Assembly: GCA_003971905.1 (NCBI GenBank)
Contig: RSEE01000005.1
Span: 186,001-250,000 of the forward strand
DNA from: Moniliella sp. 'wahieum'
Lineage: Eukaryota
DNA length: 64,000 bases
Reading direction: 5' to 3'
A program made the position numbers and the translations under genes. Positions 59,505 through 64,000 of this stretch are shown piece by piece. Within the stretch, counting starts at the first letter, position 1. Every line of letters starts with the position of its first letter. Below the pieces are notes generated by a model, which saw only the letters and a list, made by a program, of their open reading frames with translations, was not told the DNA's origin and ran no database searches.

Positions 59505-61250
59505 CTAGAAAAAGGAACGGCCAAAGTTGCCTCCAACTGTCACAGGAGGAGGCACCTCTAGGACCGCCGAATGGATCAGGTTGATGGCCTTGAGGGCGTT
59601 CCTGCGATGCACAACTGTAGTAATGGAGATCTCTGAGGCGCCTTGGGAGATGAGCTCAATGTTGATCTGCCATCGGCCAACGTGGTAAACATCTTGCCTG
59701 CCACGCCGATCATGTGCCGCATTTCTTTCCCAATCAGCGAGACAAGAGCCATGTCCCGGATAAGCGACACTGTACCAACTGGGCTCAGCTCCTCTTTGAT
59801 TTTGAGCAGGTGACGGTTGGAAGCACTGACGGCCATCGAGATATGCATCTTGGAGGTGGCGATCAAATCAACCGATACGCCGTATCGGTTCAACACACTG
59901 AAGATACGTGCGTAAAAGTCGGGCGCCATCATCTTGCGATTGGAATGCACGTTCAACACGACAATGTCGTCCTTGATCGTCACAGCCGTGGGCAAGCGCT
60001 TACCCTCCTTGGCTAGACCACTGGGCGCAGGTGAGGACCGAGAATCAGGCACGGGGTGTGCAGGGGTCTGTGCCCCGCTGGCCAAAGGACTGCTAGGCTG
60101 GTCCACGTATCCATCCACTCCATGATCCTCATCCGGTGTGGGCACAATAACAGTCCCGTTCCCCCTGGACTCATGACGTTCTTGATCCGGATCGGAATCG
60201 CTTCGCGATCGCCTGCTCCATAGTGAAGGGATGAATGACCTCCGAACCGTAATGAGTAAGCTCAGCCGCCTCTCAGGAGAGATGGCGGGAATGACACGGG
60301 CAGAGGGCACCTTGCGTGGATCGGCAGTAAACACCCCATCCACTTCTTTCCAAATCTGCAGCTCCTCTGCCGCCACTCCCACCGCACACAGCGCCGCACA
60401 GAGATCAGTGTACCCGCGCCCGACTTGGTCCAGGATCGACCCGGGGACCGAACCAAAGTATCCAGTCACGACCGGAACGTGACCGGCTGGCACAGCGTGC
60501 AGAACATCGCCTAGGCGGTGAGCCAGGTGGGAGTAGAAGGAGTGGCCAGGACAGGGGCGTCAGCGCTAACCCCAGCCTGCTCCAGAAGAGTCGCATCCAC
60601 ATTCTCCAACGTGACGAGTGTGCTGGGAATGCCCTGCTCCTCTAGCGCACTTGCCACGATCCGGCCACGACATGCGTTCGCCCAGACCCAAAATCGAGTC
60701 CTTGGTGCGTGGAGAGATCTCATCGATGATCTGAGTTGATGAAGATGTTAGCTATTGTCCTCGAAGGGGGAGAGAGGAAAAAGTGGCGTACCCGGGCCGC
60801 GAGGAGAAACTCGCGTAGACGCGCACAATCTTCTTGCAAGCCCACCTCGAGCTGGGCCAAGCGGTGCGGATCGCGCACGTGTTCCCGTGCAGCCAGCAGG
60901 TGGTCCTCTAAGATCTGGTCCACCGTGGCCTGGGCTGGGGGGGTGCGCTGGGCGGACTAGGCGAGCTGGACGGACTGGATGGGCTGGGGGCTCGGGTCAA
61001 GAAGCCAGAGAACGAGGCTCGGCGGGATTGGTTGGGGGCCAGTGCCTGGCTGGCCGCCTGCAGCAAGAGATTCGTCGTGCCAGCGCCTTGGTGGAGCCCG
61101 AGCGGGCAGAGCAGACGACCACGACGCGTGCCGACGCAGCGGAGGAGGGCACGACCTGGCGCACAATGTTGGGGAGGAACTTGCCGACGCTGGTGCCTCC
61201 GAATTTCTGCACCACCCAGCGCGGGGCGGCGGCGGCGGTGGCGACGGCAT
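59505..61250 (-). CDS. HOM3: Aspartate kinase
   Basis: WVVQKFGGTSVGKF, VVVCSARS, VPVVTGYFG, VGRGYTDLCAAL, ELQIWKEVDGVFTADPRKV, ACT domains (SVDLIATS, GVAGKMFTTLA). Confidence 0.95.
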
Positions 61251-61668
61251 GGGGGGGGGAAAGAAGAGAGGTGTGGCTGGGCGAGAGGCGATGGCGTGCT
61301 GTATATATGCGCTGCACACAGGCCAGGTGCCGGGGTGGCTGGCTGGAGTCAGTAGCGTCGTAGTCATTTATGCCGGGGGCATCGGCGGAGAAACACGCTA
61401 TCGTCTGTCGGCTGTTTTGCCGGCGCCCGATCGGTGCAACAGGCGCGGGTGCAGATTGGGCACGCTGCCGGCTGGCTGAGGTAAGCAGGGTGCGTGTTGC
61501 TCCTGTTGCTCTGCCTGGGCTGCTGGCCGGCCGTCGTCCTCAGCAGGGCGGAGCGGGCGGAATTTGCATTTTTCCTCCATAGTAGAACGAATGGGCCAAC
61601 CACACCGCCCTCTCTCTCCTCCTCCCCCCCGCCCTCCTCTCTTCTTCCTCCCACCGCCCGCATTCAGC

Positions 61669-64000
61669 ATGGACCCGGCGCAGCAGCTCCACCTCTTCCA
61701 GGCCCCCTCTCTCCCGAGCTCGCCGTCGCAAGGACGCCGAGACCCAGCTCGCCGCTGCCCAGAAGACGCCGGGTACGCTCCCCTCGCCCTCACCCTCGTA
61801 GCCACCGACCAGCTCCCCCTCGCTGTGCGCCTGGCAGCCGCCACCAACGTCAAGAACCTCGCCCGCTCTGGATGGGTGGCCACGATGACTTTGAGCAGGT
61901 CGTTCCCGACTCGGACAAGCCACAGGTGCGCACCCAAAGCCTTGCTGTCCTCTGGCAAGTCGCCGCCACCTCGGCCTCCTCCTCCTCAGCCCTCCGTAGC
62001 CAGCTCGCCGAACTCGTTGCTCAGGTTGCCGACCATGACTTCCCCGATGCCTGGCCCGAGCTTCTGGACGAGCTCGTTTCCCGCCTCACTGATCCGGACC
62101 AGGGCATTCTCCTCTCTGTCCTTAACACCGCCCACACCATTCCGCAAGTGGCGCGCTGCCTTCCGCTCCGACGCCCTCTGGTCCGAATCAACTTTGTCCT
62201 TGCCAAGTTCAACGCACCTTTCCTTGAACTTCTTCCGCAAGACTGACGAGGCTCTGACCAATCCTTCCACTCCATCCGCCAGGTTTCCAGCCCTGGCCAA
62301 TGCCCTCAGTCTTGAGATCTCTCTTTTCTACGACTTGAGTGCTCAAGACCTTCCACCCGCATTTGAGGACAATCTCTCCACGCTCATTGTCCCGCTCCTT
62401 CTTCGCTGGATGCGTTTCTCTCGACCGGAACTGGTGGGCGATGCTGACGACTCGTCGGATGAGGCTGGGCCACTGGAGAAGATTCGCGCCGGGATCTGCG
62501 AGGTAGCCGAGCTATACTGCCAGCGCTTCCTGGATGTATTTGAGGAGCACGTGCCACCTCTGATTGAGGCAGTGTGGGAAATGCTCTCCTCGACCGGACT
62601 CGGGGAGAGGTACGACCTGCTGGTGGCCAAGGCCATTGGTTTGCTCTCTACTGTTGTCCGCATGGGCAACAACAACGCCATGTTCTCCTCTTCTGATGCC
62701 CTGCAGCAGTTGACGCAGTCTATCATTCTCCCCAATGCTCAGCTGCGCGAGGCAGACGAAGAGTTGTTTGAGGACAACCCGATGGAGTACATTCGTCGTG
62801 ATCTCGATGCAGGCACAGCGGCCGCCACCGCTGTGGGTGCCTCCGGGGCAGGGGATACGTCGGACACTCGTCGTACCGCCGCTGTGGGCTTCACCCGTGC
62901 TCTTTTGCACAAGTTCCCTGAAACCATGACGGGCATCATCGAGGGCCACATTGCCCAGTACTTGAGTACCTATGCTGCGGACCCCGTTACCAATTGGAAA
63001 CAGAAAGATACCGCCCTCTACCTTTTGACTGGAGTGGCGATCGAAGGTGCCACACGCCAGGGGGGCGTGAACAGCGTCAACACCCTCGTTGATGTGGTCC
63101 AGTTTTTCTCTACCAACGTGTACTCTGACCTTGAGGCCGCACCCGGCTCTGTCCACCCTATCCTTCAAGTCGATGCGATCAAGTTCCTCTACACCTTCCG
63201 CAACCAACTTACCAAGCCCCAGCTCCTTTCGGTTCTGCCCCTCTTGGTCCAACATCTCCAATCCGAGTCGTATGTGACAGTGTCCTATGCTGCCATTTCG
63301 ATCGAGCGGATCTTGTTTATGAAGCAGCCTCTTCCTGCTGGTGCCGCGGCCGCCGCCATGGGCACTTCGGCCTCGGCCGGAGCAGCAGGTGCGGCGACTG
63401 GGTTCCGACCCCCACTGTTCACGGCGGAGGATGTTCAGCCATTTGTGGAGCGCATCTTGATGGCTTGCTTCCAAACCATCCTTTCCGGTGGCACCCCCGA
63501 AAAGATTGCGGAAAACGACTATCTGATGAAATGTGTCATGCGCCTCATCCTCACCGCTCGCACCACCCTCACGCCGTTTGCCACACCCATCTTGGGCCAA
63601 CTGACGGCCATCTTGGTGGAAGTGGCCAAGAACCCGTCCAACCCACGATTCAACCAGTTCCTCTTTGAGTCCATTGCTGCCCTCGTGCGCTTTGTCACCA
63701 CCAATGCTGGCGATGAGATTGCCGCCCGACTGGCCCCCCTGGAGCAATCCCTTTTCCCTCCCTTTACCACCATTCTCCAAAATGATGCGGCCGAGTTTGT
63801 GCCCTACGTGTTCCAAGTCCTGGCGCAGATGCTGGAACTGCACCCGGCGTCGGCCTCCGGTCTGCCCAGCGCCTACCAAGAGCTTGTGCCTCCGCTACTG
63901 ACGCCTGCCCTGTGGGCAACGCGGCAACGTCCCCGCTCTCGTCCGTCTCTTCCAGGCCTTCCTTGCGATTGGCGCTCAATCTTTTGTCGCCAACAACCAA
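61669..64000 (+). CDS. CSE1: Exportin-2/Cse1 (importin-alpha export receptor), 3' end off the window
   Basis: DHDFPDAWPELL, FYDLSAQDLPPAFED, DEELFEDNPMEYIRRDL, NWKQKDTALYL, HPILQVDAIKFLYTFRNQL, AENDYLMKCVMR, KNPSNPRFNQFLFES. Confidence 0.95.
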   Translation, partial: MDPAQQLHLFQAPSLPSSPSQGRRDPARRCPEDAGYAPLALTLVATDQLPLAVRLAAATNVKNLARSGWVATMTLSRSFPTRTSHRCAPKALLSSGKSPPPRPPPPQPSVASSPNSLLRLPTMTSPMPGPSFWTSSFPASLIRTRAFSSLSLTPPTPFRKWRAAFRSDALWSESTLSLPSSTHLSLNFFRKTDEALTNPSTPSARFPALANALSLEISLFYDLSAQDLPPAFEDNLSTLIVPLLLRWMRFSRPELVGDADDSSDEAGPLEKIRAGICEVAELYCQRFLDVFEEHVPPLIEAVWEMLSSTGLGERYDLLVAKAIGLLSTVVRMGNNNAMFSSSDALQQLTQSIILPNAQLREADEELFEDNPMEYIRRDLDAGTAAATAVGASGAGDTSDTRRTAAVGFTRALLHKFPETMTGIIEGHIAQYLSTYAADPVTNWKQKDTALYLLTGVAIEGATRQGGVNSVNTLVDVVQFFSTNVYSDLEAAPGSVHPILQVDAIKFLYTFRNQLTKPQLLSVLPLLVQHLQSESYVTVSYAAISIERILFMKQPLPAGAAAAAMGTSASAGAAGAATGFRPPLFTAEDVQPFVERILMACFQTILSGGTPEKIAENDYLMKCVMRLILTARTTLTPFATPILGQLTAILVEVAKNPSNPRFNQFLFESIAALVRFVTTNAGDEIAARLAPLEQSLFPPFTTILQNDAAEFVPYVFQVLAQMLELHPASASGLPSAYQELVPPLLTPALWATRQRPRSRPSLPGLPCDWRSIFCRQQP

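Noticed and set aside
62512..63879. Long antisense ORFs (455 aa opposite CSE1; similar ones opposite NEW1 and VHC1)
   Set aside because: Shadow ORFs expected from GC-rich codon bias on the coding strand
1..64000. Frameshifts in almost every gene (mass pseudogenisation or programmed frameshifting)
   Set aside because: They hit essential genes (RPL31, SUA5, CSE1, CDC43) uniformly while motifs on either side stay intact, which is typical of uncorrected long-read indels

Overview
GC-rich, intron-poor fungal chromosomal DNA. Gene content and intron signals (GTAYGT...CTAAC/CTGAC...YAG) suggest a basidiomycete, probably Ustilaginomycotina-like; the species cannot be determined from this window. Nearly every gene, including essential ones, is broken by 1-bp indels. 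I read these as unpolished long-read errors, so CDS limits are approximate and were stitched by eye across frames. Gene order: PEF1-like (partial), MMT2, BUD4-like, PMC1, Ser/Thr-rich single-TM protein, NEW1, a 76-aa orphan, an unusual Hsp20-like protein, class II DAHP synthase, tRNA-Leu(CAG), UBP3, SUZ protein, SUA5, RPL31, DUF4112, CDC43, Edc1/PNRC-like, tRNA-Arg(CCG), AlcR-like Zn2Cys6 factor, VHC1, a ~9.5-kb island, MRF1, VMA13, RNH1, HOM3, CSE1 (partial). The island (~44.5-54 kb) is the most unusual part. It is lower in GC and gene-poor. It carries two tandem, co-oriented, paralogous HD2-class (bW-like) homeodomain genes with no visible HD1 partner, plus a ~235-bp inverted repeat with a third partial copy, a 4x31-bp minisatellite and an orphan ORF. 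Family assignments rest on motifs recognised from memory; no searches were run.
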